Source of the DNA: Methanobacteriota archaeon
Lineage (GTDB): Archaea; Thermoplasmatota; Poseidoniia; Poseidoniales; Thalassarchaeaceae
Direction: 5' to 3'
Assembly (NCBI GenBank): GCA_018650285.1
Contig: JABIGF010000002.1
Location: forward strand, 57,991-121,990
Length of the DNA stretch: 64,000 nucleotides
The translations under genes were made by a program, and so were the position numbers. This document shows, piece by piece, positions 46,895-56,204 of the stretch. The stretch's first letter is position 1; each line of letters begins with the position of its first letter. The notes beneath the pieces are model-generated. The model saw only the letters and a program-made list of their open reading frames with translations. It searched no databases and was not told where the DNA came from.

Positions 46895-48955
46895 GTGAGG
46901 GCCCCTCCGGGGCCCATGGGGTGGAGTAACTTGCAGCAATTTATCTCCGCTCTTGAAGAACAGTCTGAACTAATTCGTATTTCACGCCCTGTTGATGTCG
47001 AATTAGAAGCAGGATGTATTGCTGATAGATTAGTGAAAATGGATGGAAAAGGGGTGATTTTTGAACAACCGCGCCTACCCGATGGAAGCATTTCCAAATT
47101 CCCATTAGCAATGAATTTGTTTGGCAGTCGCCAGCGGGTGAAAACAGCACTAAGTGTAGATAATCTCTCGACGATAGGGGAGAGGCTAGTCGGATTGATG
47201 AAACCAGACGTTGCTGCCATTTCAAAAAAACCATGGAAAGGCATTACATTGGCTAAACAGGGTTTGAAAATGGCACCAAAGCGTGTGAAAAAAGGAGCCT
47301 GCCAAGAAATAATAATGGAATCGCCTGATTTAACAAAATTACCAATTCCAAAAACTTGGCCACACGATGGTGGACAATTCATCACCCTGCCACTAGTCAT
47401 CACAAAAGACCCCCTTACTGGCGAACAGAATCTAGGAATGTATCGCTCTCAAATCTACAATGCAACTGAATGTGGATTACATTGGCAGATGCATAAACAC
47501 GGAGCAGACCACGCAGCTAGTGGCCAAGATGGAGAAAAAATTCCAGTAGCAATCTGTCTTGGTGGGCCACCTGAATTAATATTCAGTGCTATCTCTCCAT
47601 TACCAGATAATCTATCTGAATTCATGTTTGCTTCTTTCCTTTCAAACCAAAGAACTCGCTTGGTTAAGGCAAAAACCCAAGATCTGTGGGTTCCTGCAGA
47701 AGCAGATGTAGTCATTGAAGGATATTGTATCCCTGGAGAAACAAAAACCGAAGGACCGTTTGGCGACCATTTTGGATTATACAGCCTAGAAGGAGATTAT
47801 CCTGTCATGCATGTCACTGCTATCACTCATAAAGAAAATGCAATTGTTCCGATGACAATAGTTGGACTCCCACCAATGGAAGACGGATTTCTTGGCGAAG
47901 CGATTACTGAAGCCTTCTTGCCCATTCTAAATTTCCAACATCGAGATGTTATTGATATGTTTGTACCATTACAAACAGGTTTCCACAATCTAGCTATTGT
48001 CGCTTCAAAACAAAGATATCCGCGGCAAGCGAGAAAAACTTGTCTTGGACTACTAGGTGCTGGCCAACTAATGTTCACAAAAATTTCAGTAGCCGTAGAC
48101 GCTGGCCACCCTGTCAAAGATCTTAATGAATTACTCAATGTATTGCACTCAAACGTTGACCCTCGTACTGATTTAATATCAATCCCTGGCATGGTTGCCG
48201 ACACTCTAGAATGTGCGTCACCATGGGAAAATGTACATGACAAGTTGATTATTGATGCAACCACTCTTCCAATTTCTGACCCTCGAAAAGGTGGTGCTGG
48301 ACTACCACGCGGAAGTGGATTCGATAATACTCCTGATTGGCGTAGAGGACTTGTGGAAGCACCAGGAGTTTCTGTTGATTTTTGTGCTAAGGTTAGGGCT
48401 ATGGAAGGTATCACAGAAGCTACTCTTCTAAGACCCTCAATTATGGTGGTGACAACTAAGATTGATGATTCACCAAGCCCGATTAATGGAATGGCTGCAA
48501 TTCAAGACCCCGCAGCATGGGCTGCGCAAGTTGAGGCTAGCAGGGCTCAAAGGCAACGGATTTTTCAATTAATGAATTCAATTTGGCAATTAGAAGATTC
48601 GGCGAACTTAAGATGGCTATTTATCACTGATGATGATGTGAAATTACATTCAGCAGGTGCCAACCAAAAACTACTATGGCAATTAACAGTTAGATTCGAT
48701 GTTGGCAGAGATTTGCATTTTGATGCTACTCGCAGCAGAGTCTGTTGGGATGCAACCGCACCAATACCTCATCCTGGTCGCCAAGCGCTCTCTGACTCCG
48801 GCCAAGATATTTCGGCACTTGACCCAATTCTTCCAATCAGAAGTTGGCCAGCAATTACAATTCATGACCAAGAGACTCTTTTGAAAGTAACAAACATGGC
48901 TGGCTATGATGGATACGAACAGAGGGCTTGGGAGCCAAATGTTACGGGGTGGTAA
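46895..48955 (+). CDS. ubiD: UbiD-family (prFMN-dependent) decarboxylase with a ~200 aa C-terminal extension
   Basis: 686 aa, with the ATG at 46916 the likely start (MGWSNLQQFI). TWPHDGGQFITLPLVITKDP, NLGMYR, HWQMHKHGA, EGPFGDHFGLYS. The sequence continues about 200 aa past where UbiD proteins normally end. Confidence 0.85.
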   Translation: MRAPPGPMGWSNLQQFISALEEQSELIRISRPVDVELEAGCIADRLVKMDGKGVIFEQPRLPDGSISKFPLAMNLFGSRQRVKTALSVDNLSTIGERLVGLMKPDVAAISKKPWKGITLAKQGLKMAPKRVKKGACQEIIMESPDLTKLPIPKTWPHDGGQFITLPLVITKDPLTGEQNLGMYRSQIYNATECGLHWQMHKHGADHAASGQDGEKIPVAICLGGPPELIFSAISPLPDNLSEFMFASFLSNQRTRLVKAKTQDLWVPAEADVVIEGYCIPGETKTEGPFGDHFGLYSLEGDYPVMHVTAITHKENAIVPMTIVGLPPMEDGFLGEAITEAFLPILNFQHRDVIDMFVPLQTGFHNLAIVASKQRYPRQARKTCLGLLGAGQLMFTKISVAVDAGHPVKDLNELLNVLHSNVDPRTDLISIPGMVADTLECASPWENVHDKLIIDATTLPISDPRKGGAGLPRGSGFDNTPDWRRGLVEAPGVSVDFCAKVRAMEGITEATLLRPSIMVVTTKIDDSPSPINGMAAIQDPAAWAAQVEASRAQRQRIFQLMNSIWQLEDSANLRWLFITDDDVKLHSAGANQKLLWQLTVRFDVGRDLHFDATRSRVCWDATAPIPHPGRQALSDSGQDISALDPILPIRSWPAITIHDQETLLKVTNMAGYDGYEQRAWEPNVTGW
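46899..46915 (+). promoter_or_regulatory. GC-rich hairpin GGGCCCC-TCC-GGGGCCC directly abutting the ATG at 46916 of ubiD
   Basis: Read directly. 7 bp all-GC stem in the divergent GGR/ubiD intergenic region. Confidence 0.3.
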
Positions 48956-49874
48956 TTTGGGAGTAAAAGAAATTCTTCAATTCGTAAAGATAGAGCATAC
49001 GCTCTTTTCACTACCCTTTGTGCTAATTGGGTATATCCTCGCCTACAACCAATTCATGCATGACCTACCAGTTAGTGAACTCGGATGGTTGCGAATGGAT
49101 CTAGTTTGGATTCTCGTTGCTGCTGTTGGAGCCCGTGGCCTTGCAATGGCTCTGAATCGTATCATCGACCGAGATGTTGATGCCGCCAATCCACGAACTG
49201 CAAATCGGCACCTAGTATCGGGAGATATGTCAATGAATACTGCTTGGACACTATCAGCAATTTTTCTTGGCATGTTACTATTGGGCGCTTGGCAACTCAA
49301 CGAAGTAGCTCTAATGATGGCTTGGCTTCCTGTCTTGGCCTTTGTCATCTATCCATACACAAAGCGTTACACTTGGCTGTGTCACTTATGGCTAGGACTG
49401 TGTCTAGGGTTAGCACCAGCCGGCGCTTGGGTTGCTGTAGCAGCAGATGTCCATGGATGGGCTGCAATTACCGACCTGCTTTGGTATCCAACTATTTTCT
49501 TCATCTCTCTAGGAGTTGCACTTTGGATAGCCGCCTTTGATATCAACTATGCAAGAATGGATGTTGAGAGTGATAGGGAAAACGGAATTCATTCATTTCC
49601 TGCGACGTTTAGTGAAGAAGCAACGACTAGAACATCTATTCAACTGACTCTCATCTGGTTCGCATGCTTCGCTATCTCCAATCCCATGGATGAAATTTGG
49701 TTCCTAGGGGCAGCAGGGATAATGGCGATTTTGAATATCGCTGTCATAATACGTCGTGAGAAGTTTGCTGACTTTCAAACAACCCTATTCCGTGTATCCA
49801 TGTTGACTGGTTGGATTCTCCTAGTGGCCATCATATTAATGGAGCCAGATAAAGGACTCATGCTAGATGATTGA
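48906..49874 (+). CDS. ubiA: UbiA-family aromatic prenyltransferase
   Basis: 322 aa, with M12 at 48939 the likely start. Asp-rich motifs NRIIDRDVDAANPRT and AFDINYARMDVESD, and about 8 TM helices. Overlaps the ubiD 3' end. Confidence 0.85.
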   Translation: MMDTNRGLGSQMLRGGNLGVKEILQFVKIEHTLFSLPFVLIGYILAYNQFMHDLPVSELGWLRMDLVWILVAAVGARGLAMALNRIIDRDVDAANPRTANRHLVSGDMSMNTAWTLSAIFLGMLLLGAWQLNEVALMMAWLPVLAFVIYPYTKRYTWLCHLWLGLCLGLAPAGAWVAVAADVHGWAAITDLLWYPTIFFISLGVALWIAAFDINYARMDVESDRENGIHSFPATFSEEATTRTSIQLTLIWFACFAISNPMDEIWFLGAAGIMAILNIAVIIRREKFADFQTTLFRVSMLTGWILLVAIILMEPDKGLMLDD

Positions 49875-49883
49875 GGTGATAAT

Positions 49884-50612
49884 ATGACGAAATTAGCAGT
49901 GATAACTGGTGGAAGTAGAGGAATTGGAGCGGCCACATCTAGGCGACTAGCCTCTGAAGGATACCGCCTCATTATCACCTATCATACAGATTCTCAATCT
50001 GCTGAAAATGTCATTGCGGATGTAAGAGAAATTGGATGTGATTGTGTCGCTGTAAAAGTGGACTGCTCTGATTCTGGTGAAGTAATGATTCTTGCAGACC
50101 ACCCTTGGGTCAAAGAGGGGGTTGATGCTCTAGTTCTGAACCATGCAATGTATCAACGAGGGAAAGCCGGAGAACTAACTCTAGATGCACTAAAACAAAC
50201 TATGGATGTCAATTTTACTGGATCCTTCCTTGTTTGGAAAGCACTCTCTCCGCACCTCTCACAGAATGCCTCAATAGTGGTACTAGGAAGTCAACTTGGA
50301 ATCAAAGGAACTGCTACTGGTGCCGATTACTCTGCTTCAAAGGGAGCGTTGCATAGTTGGGCTCGCTCACTCGCAATTGATGTCGCTTCAACGGGACAAA
50401 GAGTGAATGTTGTTGCTCCAGGAACGATTGATACAGATTTAGTTGCAAATGATTCTCCGAAGAAAAGAAATGCTAGAGAAGCAACTATCCCAATGGGGAG
50501 ATTAGGAAGCCCTGACGAAGTTGCTAATGTAATCTCATTCCTATTGTCTGATGATTCTAGTTACATTACTGGCGCTATATTGCATGTTAATGGTGGGTTA
50601 TATCGCCCATGA
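49884..50612 (+). CDS. Short-chain dehydrogenase/reductase (FabG-like)
   Basis: 242 aa. TGGSRGIG cofactor motif, catalytic YSASKGAL, PGTIDTD. Confidence 0.85.
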   Translation: MTKLAVITGGSRGIGAATSRRLASEGYRLIITYHTDSQSAENVIADVREIGCDCVAVKVDCSDSGEVMILADHPWVKEGVDALVLNHAMYQRGKAGELTLDALKQTMDVNFTGSFLVWKALSPHLSQNASIVVLGSQLGIKGTATGADYSASKGALHSWARSLAIDVASTGQRVNVVAPGTIDTDLVANDSPKKRNAREATIPMGRLGSPDEVANVISFLLSDDSSYITGAILHVNGGLYRP

Positions 50613-50643
50613 ATTGAAAGACAATCAATTGTGAGCGGATATT

Positions 50644-53043
50644 ATGGCAAAGGATGACATTGACCCCTTTGATTTGTCCAAAGCCATTGCAGGGGCTGCT
50701 GCTGGCCGTCTTGACCCATCTGTCGCTTGTTTCACTCTACATTCTGAATATGGGCCTGCCGGAGACCAAAAACAAGCAATTGATAAATTAGTTTTTCAAT
50801 TGGAAAATTCACAAGAGCGTTCTATCTTACTTGGGGTGACCGGTTCGGGTAAAACATTCGCAATGGCGCACATTATTGAGAGATTGAATATCCCAACCCT
50901 TATTCTGAGCCACAACAAAACATTGGCTCGCCAACTATGGCAGGAAATGTCAACACTATTTCCAGAAAATGCTGTGGAATACTTTGTCAGCCACTATGAC
51001 TACTATCAACCAGAAGCATATCTACCAAAACGAGACCTATACATAGACAAAGAGTTGCAAATGAATGAGAGAATTGAGCAAGAAAGATTCGCCACTGTTG
51101 CATCTCTTGTATCTCGACCTGATGTCATTGCCGTAGGCACTGTTTCAGCCATTTACGGCCTCAACCCGCCAGAAACATTCCTAAAGCAACACGCAAGAAT
51201 CCATGTTGGTCAAGCGATTGAACCGCTTGACTTGGTTAAACAATTAGTTGAGTTACAATACCAACGAATTACAGGAGAAATCTCGAGAGGAGAAATCCGT
51301 TGCCGAGGAGAGGTGGTTGATATTTGGATGCCAAGCCGTGACGACCCCCTTAGAATCAGATTTGATTTTGATGGAGTGACCAAAATTCAAGTTTGCGAAG
51401 CTGTCTCTTGGGAATCACTAGATGACCTAGAAGAAGCTTGGATTCACCCGAAAGAATTCTTCATGACTAGTCCTGAAAGATTTAGACAAGCATTGCAAGA
51501 TATTGAATTTGAATTGTCAGAACGAACACATGCTCTTGAGTCACAAGGAAAAGAGTTAGAGGCACATAGACTAGAGACTAGAACACAATTTGAGTTAGAA
51601 ATGTTGAGAGAGACAGGGCACTGTAAAGCAATTGAAAATTATTCCATGCACTTTGATGGGCGAACACATGGGGAACGACCATACTGTCTTCTTGATTTCT
51701 TTGCAGCATCGGCAAAGCAATTCCATAATGATCCAACACAATTCCTTGTCATCATGGACGAAAGTCATGTGACATTACCTCAATTAAAGGGAATGTTTGC
51801 TGGTGACCGTTCAAGAAAGGAATCACTCATTGACCACGGATTTAGACTACCTTCTGCAGCAGATAATCGGCCATTGCGAATTGATGAGTTTCAAAAACTT
51901 GTACCTCAAATGTTGTATGTCTCTGCAACACCTGGAGAAAGAGAACTGCGGCACTTGGCTGAAATTACAGGGCAAGATGTACCAAAAGAATTACTCCATG
52001 TTCCAGGCGGAGGGGGTGCAATAGAGCCTGAAATGAAAAAACCAAAGAAATCCCACAGCCTTCTCAAAAGCCTTGAGCAAATTGACGGTATTGTACAGAT
52101 GGAAATCCGTCCAACTGGATTACTTGACCCAAGAATAGAAGTTCGACCAACTGAAGGTCAGGTTCAAGATTTACTTGATGAAATTAATCTCTGTGTGAAT
52201 AATAATGAACGGGTTCTAGTGACTGTTTTGACAATCAAATTCGCTGAAGAGGTTTCTGAATACTTGCAACGAATGGGCGTTAAGGCACATTATTTGCATT
52301 CGGAAATTGATACGATTGAGCGGTCTGAAATCATCAAAGCACTACGAATTGGGCATATTGATGTGATTGTCGGAATTAACCTCTTACGTGAAGGTCTGGA
52401 TATTCCGGAAGTTTCACTTGTGGCAATATTTGATGCTGACCGACAAGGATTTCTTAGAAATGAGAGATCGCTACTGCAAACAATTGGGCGCGCATCACGC
52501 AATGAACAAGGCCGAGTTATTCTCTATGCTGATTCTATTTCTGATGCTATGAAAACCTCAATATTACAGACTGTTCAACGAAGAGAGAAACAAGAAAAAT
52601 TCAACCAAGAAAATAGCATCACACCAAAAACAATTGTCAAAGCACTACCTGTAATGGGCATTGAAGCCGAAGAACTACTCGCCGGTACATCTGGCACCGG
52701 CTCAAAAGGTGGCAGGCGTTTTGTTGGCGGTACTACTGGTCAAACCGGAAAAATACGCAATGAATCCGATATTGCGAAACGATTTGACCTTGGGGCAGAT
52801 GGTTGGGCTGTTGCCGGAGAATCTGTATCAAATGTTAGTCAACCGACTTGGGCAGATGTTGCATCCTCCATTCTATCCGATAACCCAGATGGATTAAGTC
52901 ACCAAGATGGCGAATATGATGCGACTTCTGAAAAGTTGTTAATTCGGCTTCGGAAAGAAATGAAAGTTGCTGCAAGTAGATTAGAATTTGAGAAGGCTGC
53001 CCAATTGAGAGATAGAATTTTCCAATTGGAAAATAACGGTTGA
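50644..53043 (+). CDS. uvrB: Excinuclease ABC subunit B
   Basis: 799 aa. GVTGSGKTF, HNKTLA, YYDYYQPEAY, DESHVT, RPTGLLDP, GINLLREGLDIPEVSLV, QTIGRASRN, and the C-terminal UVR motif LEFEKAAQLRDRI. Two low-complexity inserts compared with the bacterial proteins I recall. Confidence 0.95.
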   Translation: MAKDDIDPFDLSKAIAGAAAGRLDPSVACFTLHSEYGPAGDQKQAIDKLVFQLENSQERSILLGVTGSGKTFAMAHIIERLNIPTLILSHNKTLARQLWQEMSTLFPENAVEYFVSHYDYYQPEAYLPKRDLYIDKELQMNERIEQERFATVASLVSRPDVIAVGTVSAIYGLNPPETFLKQHARIHVGQAIEPLDLVKQLVELQYQRITGEISRGEIRCRGEVVDIWMPSRDDPLRIRFDFDGVTKIQVCEAVSWESLDDLEEAWIHPKEFFMTSPERFRQALQDIEFELSERTHALESQGKELEAHRLETRTQFELEMLRETGHCKAIENYSMHFDGRTHGERPYCLLDFFAASAKQFHNDPTQFLVIMDESHVTLPQLKGMFAGDRSRKESLIDHGFRLPSAADNRPLRIDEFQKLVPQMLYVSATPGERELRHLAEITGQDVPKELLHVPGGGGAIEPEMKKPKKSHSLLKSLEQIDGIVQMEIRPTGLLDPRIEVRPTEGQVQDLLDEINLCVNNNERVLVTVLTIKFAEEVSEYLQRMGVKAHYLHSEIDTIERSEIIKALRIGHIDVIVGINLLREGLDIPEVSLVAIFDADRQGFLRNERSLLQTIGRASRNEQGRVILYADSISDAMKTSILQTVQRREKQEKFNQENSITPKTIVKALPVMGIEAEELLAGTSGTGSKGGRRFVGGTTGQTGKIRNESDIAKRFDLGADGWAVAGESVSNVSQPTWADVASSILSDNPDGLSHQDGEYDATSEKLLIRLRKEMKVAASRLEFEKAAQLRDRIFQLENNG

Positions 53044-53046
53044 TAG

Positions 53047-53979
53047 ATGACGGTTGGTTTGAAAACTAAAACCCATTCAAGCGGTGATATGGGGCGGCGC
53101 TTGGAAATTGTCATCATGACGAGAGGTCCAGAGTTATACAGCACTACAAGACTCGCTGCAGCAGCTCGACGAGCCGGCCATGGTGTAAGTTACCTCAACC
53201 CAACACGATGCACCATTGATCTCTCACCAGAAGGAGCCACTGTACTCTACAATGGTGAAAAAATTGTTCAGCCAATGGATTGTATTGTCCCTAGAATAGG
53301 GGCATCGATTACTCGTCACGGATTAACAATCCTTAGACAATTTCAAGCCGCTGGCGTAACCGTCTTAAATCACAGCAATGGAATTGCAGCAAGTAGGGAT
53401 AAATTGCGTGCATTGCAACGTTTTGCTGCTTCAGAATTACCTATCCCACGTACCGCTTATGCGCGAGGTGCGGCAGATTTGCACCCTTGTGTTGAGATTG
53501 TGGGGGGGCCACCTGTTGTTCTCAAATTACTAGAAGGGACACAAGGAGTTGGAGTAATGCGTTGCGATACCATCGCAAGTGCTGAATCAGTGATTGATGT
53601 CCTTGCACGATTACATCAACCAATCATCGTCCAAGAATATATTGCAGAATCAGAAGGAACAGATATTCGTGCCATTGTGGTAGGGGGCAAAGTCGTAGCT
53701 GCAATGAGAAGAACTGGCAAAGCAGATGATTTTCGCAGTAATATTCATCGTGGCGGCACTGGAGATAGTGTTGATTTAGAGCCTGATATTGAAAGAATAT
53801 GTATTGATGCATGTAAATCACTTGGAATTCAATTTGGTGGTGTAGATTTACTAGAGTCAAAAAGAGGACCATTATTGATGGAAGTAAATTCATCCCCTGG
53901 CCTAGAAGGTATTGAAAGAGCAACAGGAATAGATGTAGCCAATGAAGTAATAATGGAGATTGAACGAATCTGCGAATAA
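53047..53979 (+). CDS. rimK: RimK-type ATP-grasp alpha-L-glutamate ligase
   Basis: 310 aa, with a possible start at M15 (53089). Its pattern is near-collinear with E. coli RimK as I recall it: SRDKLRALQ, VVLKLLEGTQGVGV, DIRAIVVGGKVVAAMRR..K.DDFRSNIHRGG, GGVDLLESKRGPLLMEVNSSPGLEGIE. Confidence 0.85.
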   Translation: MTVGLKTKTHSSGDMGRRLEIVIMTRGPELYSTTRLAAAARRAGHGVSYLNPTRCTIDLSPEGATVLYNGEKIVQPMDCIVPRIGASITRHGLTILRQFQAAGVTVLNHSNGIAASRDKLRALQRFAASELPIPRTAYARGAADLHPCVEIVGGPPVVLKLLEGTQGVGVMRCDTIASAESVIDVLARLHQPIIVQEYIAESEGTDIRAIVVGGKVVAAMRRTGKADDFRSNIHRGGTGDSVDLEPDIERICIDACKSLGIQFGGVDLLESKRGPLLMEVNSSPGLEGIERATGIDVANEVIMEIERICE

Positions 53980-54018
53980 CCGCTGCGTTCATTTTGAAGA
54001 GGCTTCTCGGGTGATAAC

Positions 54019-55014
54019 ATGGTCAACCCCGATGACTTCGATGTTCCCGTTGAAGATTATGACTTTTCAACAACTACTAGCCCCACAAAACTGCTAGACC
54101 AGATGGCTAAAGCCGGTGGATTCACCGCAACTAAACTTGCCTTGGCTAGGGAAGTATTGCAAGAAATGTTCAATCAATTAGACAACGACGCCTCTGGAGA
54201 TGATACTGGGCAACTAAACTGGCTATCGTTTCCTGCATGTCTCTGTGCAACTGGTACTCGAGGTTTCTTCGTTGAAGCATTGAAAAGAAAGAAATTCAAT
54301 GTCGTAGTGACTACATGTGGAACACTTGACCATGATATTGCTCGCTCATTCCGAGACTACTACCATGGCGCTTTTGAATTAGATGATATTGAATTAGGCG
54401 AAGAAGGATTGAATCGATTAGGAAATGTCATTGTGCCAAACTCAAGTTACGGAGATATTATTGAAGAAATTGTCATGCCGATGTTAGCAGAAATTGACGC
54501 TGAAAAGAGGGAAGCGAATCCTGAAAATCCATGGCATGGTTTTGGTAGCGTAGAGCTTTGTTGGGCTCTGGGTGATCGGATCAATGACGAATCTAGTATT
54601 CTTTACTGGGCGGCAAAACATCGCATTCCAATCGTTATTCCCGGAATATATGATGGCTCAATAGGTGCACAATTATTCATGCACAGGCAACGAGCAAGTG
54701 ATTTTAATTTAGATTTGTTAGCAGATCAACAACTACTCTCTGATTTAGTATGGACTGCAGACTCCTCTCACGCACTAATGGTTGGCGGGGGTATCTCAAA
54801 GCATCATGTCATTTGGTGGAATCAATACAGAGGTGGATTAGATTCGGCTGTACAAATTACCACCGCCCCCGAACATGATGGGTCACTTTCAGGAGCAAGA
54901 TTGCGGGAAGCAATTAGTTGGGGAAAAATTCGAGCTGAGGCACCTCAGGTTGTCGTAGAAGGAGACGCTTCGGTTCTCCTACCAATACTAGGTGCTAGCT
55001 TATTTGCAGAATAA
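54019..55014 (+). CDS. dys: Deoxyhypusine synthase
   Basis: 331 aa. Family pattern LSFPACLCATGTRG, VVTTCGTLDHD, NVIVPN, MVGGGISKHH, EAISWGKI. Confidence 0.9.
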   Translation: MVNPDDFDVPVEDYDFSTTTSPTKLLDQMAKAGGFTATKLALAREVLQEMFNQLDNDASGDDTGQLNWLSFPACLCATGTRGFFVEALKRKKFNVVVTTCGTLDHDIARSFRDYYHGAFELDDIELGEEGLNRLGNVIVPNSSYGDIIEEIVMPMLAEIDAEKREANPENPWHGFGSVELCWALGDRINDESSILYWAAKHRIPIVIPGIYDGSIGAQLFMHRQRASDFNLDLLADQQLLSDLVWTADSSHALMVGGGISKHHVIWWNQYRGGLDSAVQITTAPEHDGSLSGARLREAISWGKIRAEAPQVVVEGDASVLLPILGASLFAE

Positions 55015-55039
55015 CGATGATACTATGCTTTAGATTCTT

Positions 55040-55708
55040 TCACACTGATTCTAATTGATAGGCGATACATTCCATCAACCCTACACGGAAAGGAACTAAC
55101 GGGTGCCAACCACCGACACCAACTGATTCACAAAGGGTGTGTAAAGGCCCTAAATTGGGCCTCGGTGGAGATTGGTTCGGTTCGGTCTTTGGTTCGAATA
55201 TTTTCAAGTTATCCAATTGAAAAGTTTTAGTTTCAGCTGCTTTTACCCGTGAAAATAACATCGCCAATTCACTAGTCATCGCTTCATGGCTCCAACATCT
55301 TCGCCCCACTACATCAAGAGAGCCATCCGGAAGTGAAGGTAGAATATTGACTATCATATCAACAACATCACGTACATGAATCCAATATCTGGGCTGCCCT
55401 TGTGGTTGAGATGACTCAGGATCATTTAACCAATCAATCATTAATTCAATTTCTGACGGGCCCCAATCCCCAGAGCCACCAGGAATGTATAGGTCATGTA
55501 AAACAAGTTCACATTTTGCTTTTGCAGGGTATGATTCGCTATTTACTGGGCGAATAAGTAAATCGCAATCATCTGCTTCACCCGAAGTCCAACAATTAAT
55601 TTGAATTCCATTGGCTTCTTTTGTATTAATGTCAATCCTCTCTAACCGCTGTGCAAGTAGTAATCCAAATAAATTGGAGCGCCCGATTAGAAAGGTCTCA
55701 ACCATCAA
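55040..55708 (-). CDS. Hypothetical protein, possibly a degenerate NAD-dependent epimerase/dehydratase-like fold
   Basis: 222 aa. N-terminal FLIGRSNLFGLLLAQRL sits where epimerases have GxxGxxG, which is not conserved here. WIHVRDVVDMIV resembles the YxHVxDxxxA segment of that family. Weak evidence. Confidence 0.35.
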   Translation of the reverse strand: MMVETFLIGRSNLFGLLLAQRLERIDINTKEANGIQINCWTSGEADDCDLLIRPVNSESYPAKAKCELVLHDLYIPGGSGDWGPSEIELMIDWLNDPESSQPQGQPRYWIHVRDVVDMIVNILPSLPDGSLDVVGRRCWSHEAMTSELAMLFSRVKAAETKTFQLDNLKIFEPKTEPNQSPPRPNLGPLHTLCESVGVGGWHPLVPFRVGLMECIAYQLESV

Positions 55709-55743
55709 CCAACACCTAAGATATTGTTCCCTGCTTGGATTTA

Positions 55744-55764
55744 CTTATTGGATTGCCGGATAAT
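55744..55764 (-). repeat. Repeat copy 1 (inverted orientation): minus-strand reading ATTATCCGGCAATCCAATAAG
   Basis: 15 of 21 positions are identical to copy 2 when reverse-complemented (aligned by eye). Confidence 0.55.
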
Positions 55765-56024
55765 GAATCACAATTACGCCCTAATTTTAGCCAATAAAAC
55801 AGATACGATGCGCTCTGTAAAGGCTAATTTATCAATTGAAAAACGAGATTTCTAATTGAATAATTGAGATTAGAGATAGCGCTCGAAATACTGCTGAAAT
55901 GAAGTATCAAAGATTACCAGATTAATCTTGATTAATTGATAGTGTTCCTATTGAATAATTTGCAATAATTCGATCTTATGCGACAGGTGTGGCGAAAATA
56001 AGAAACAAAAAGCTAAATTCCCAT

Positions 56025-56050
56025 ATTATCCGCCCTTCCAATTGAAAAAA
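56025..56050 (+). repeat. Repeat copy 2: ATTATCCGCCCTTCCAATTGAAAAAA
   Basis: Direct repeat of copy 3, which starts 154 nt downstream. On the opposite strand it reads TTTCAATTGGAAGGGCGGATAAT, a dyad core plus a G-rich element. Confidence 0.6.
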
Positions 56051-56178
56051 TTAATTTCATTTCGCCTCGATATACTATTCCTAATTGCGAAATTTATCTA
56101 GAAATGCTGACATTTTCAATTCAAATACAATTTATCCCTGCATAAGAAAAAATCTAACATCCAATTGGATATCTAAGG

Positions 56179-56204
56179 ATTATCCGCCTTTTCCAATTGG
56201 ATTT
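56179..56204 (+). repeat. Repeat copy 3: ATTATCCGCCTTTTCCAATTGGATTT
   Basis: Shares ATTATCCGCC and TTCCAATTG with copy 2. It is preceded by the palindrome ATCCAATTGGAT (56159..56170). Confidence 0.6.

Noticed and set aside
46843-47403. 186 aa minus-strand ORF
   Set aside because: It is antisense to the well-supported ubiD coding region and to the divergent promoter. It has no recognisable motifs and is a shadow ORF.
50796-50815. Second TTTTCAATTGGAAAA-like dyad inside the uvrB 5' region
   Set aside because: It is imperfect and encodes VFQLEN within conserved coding sequence. It is most simply a coincidence of the peptide FQLEN occurring twice in UvrB, and it is not independent evidence for a regulatory site.
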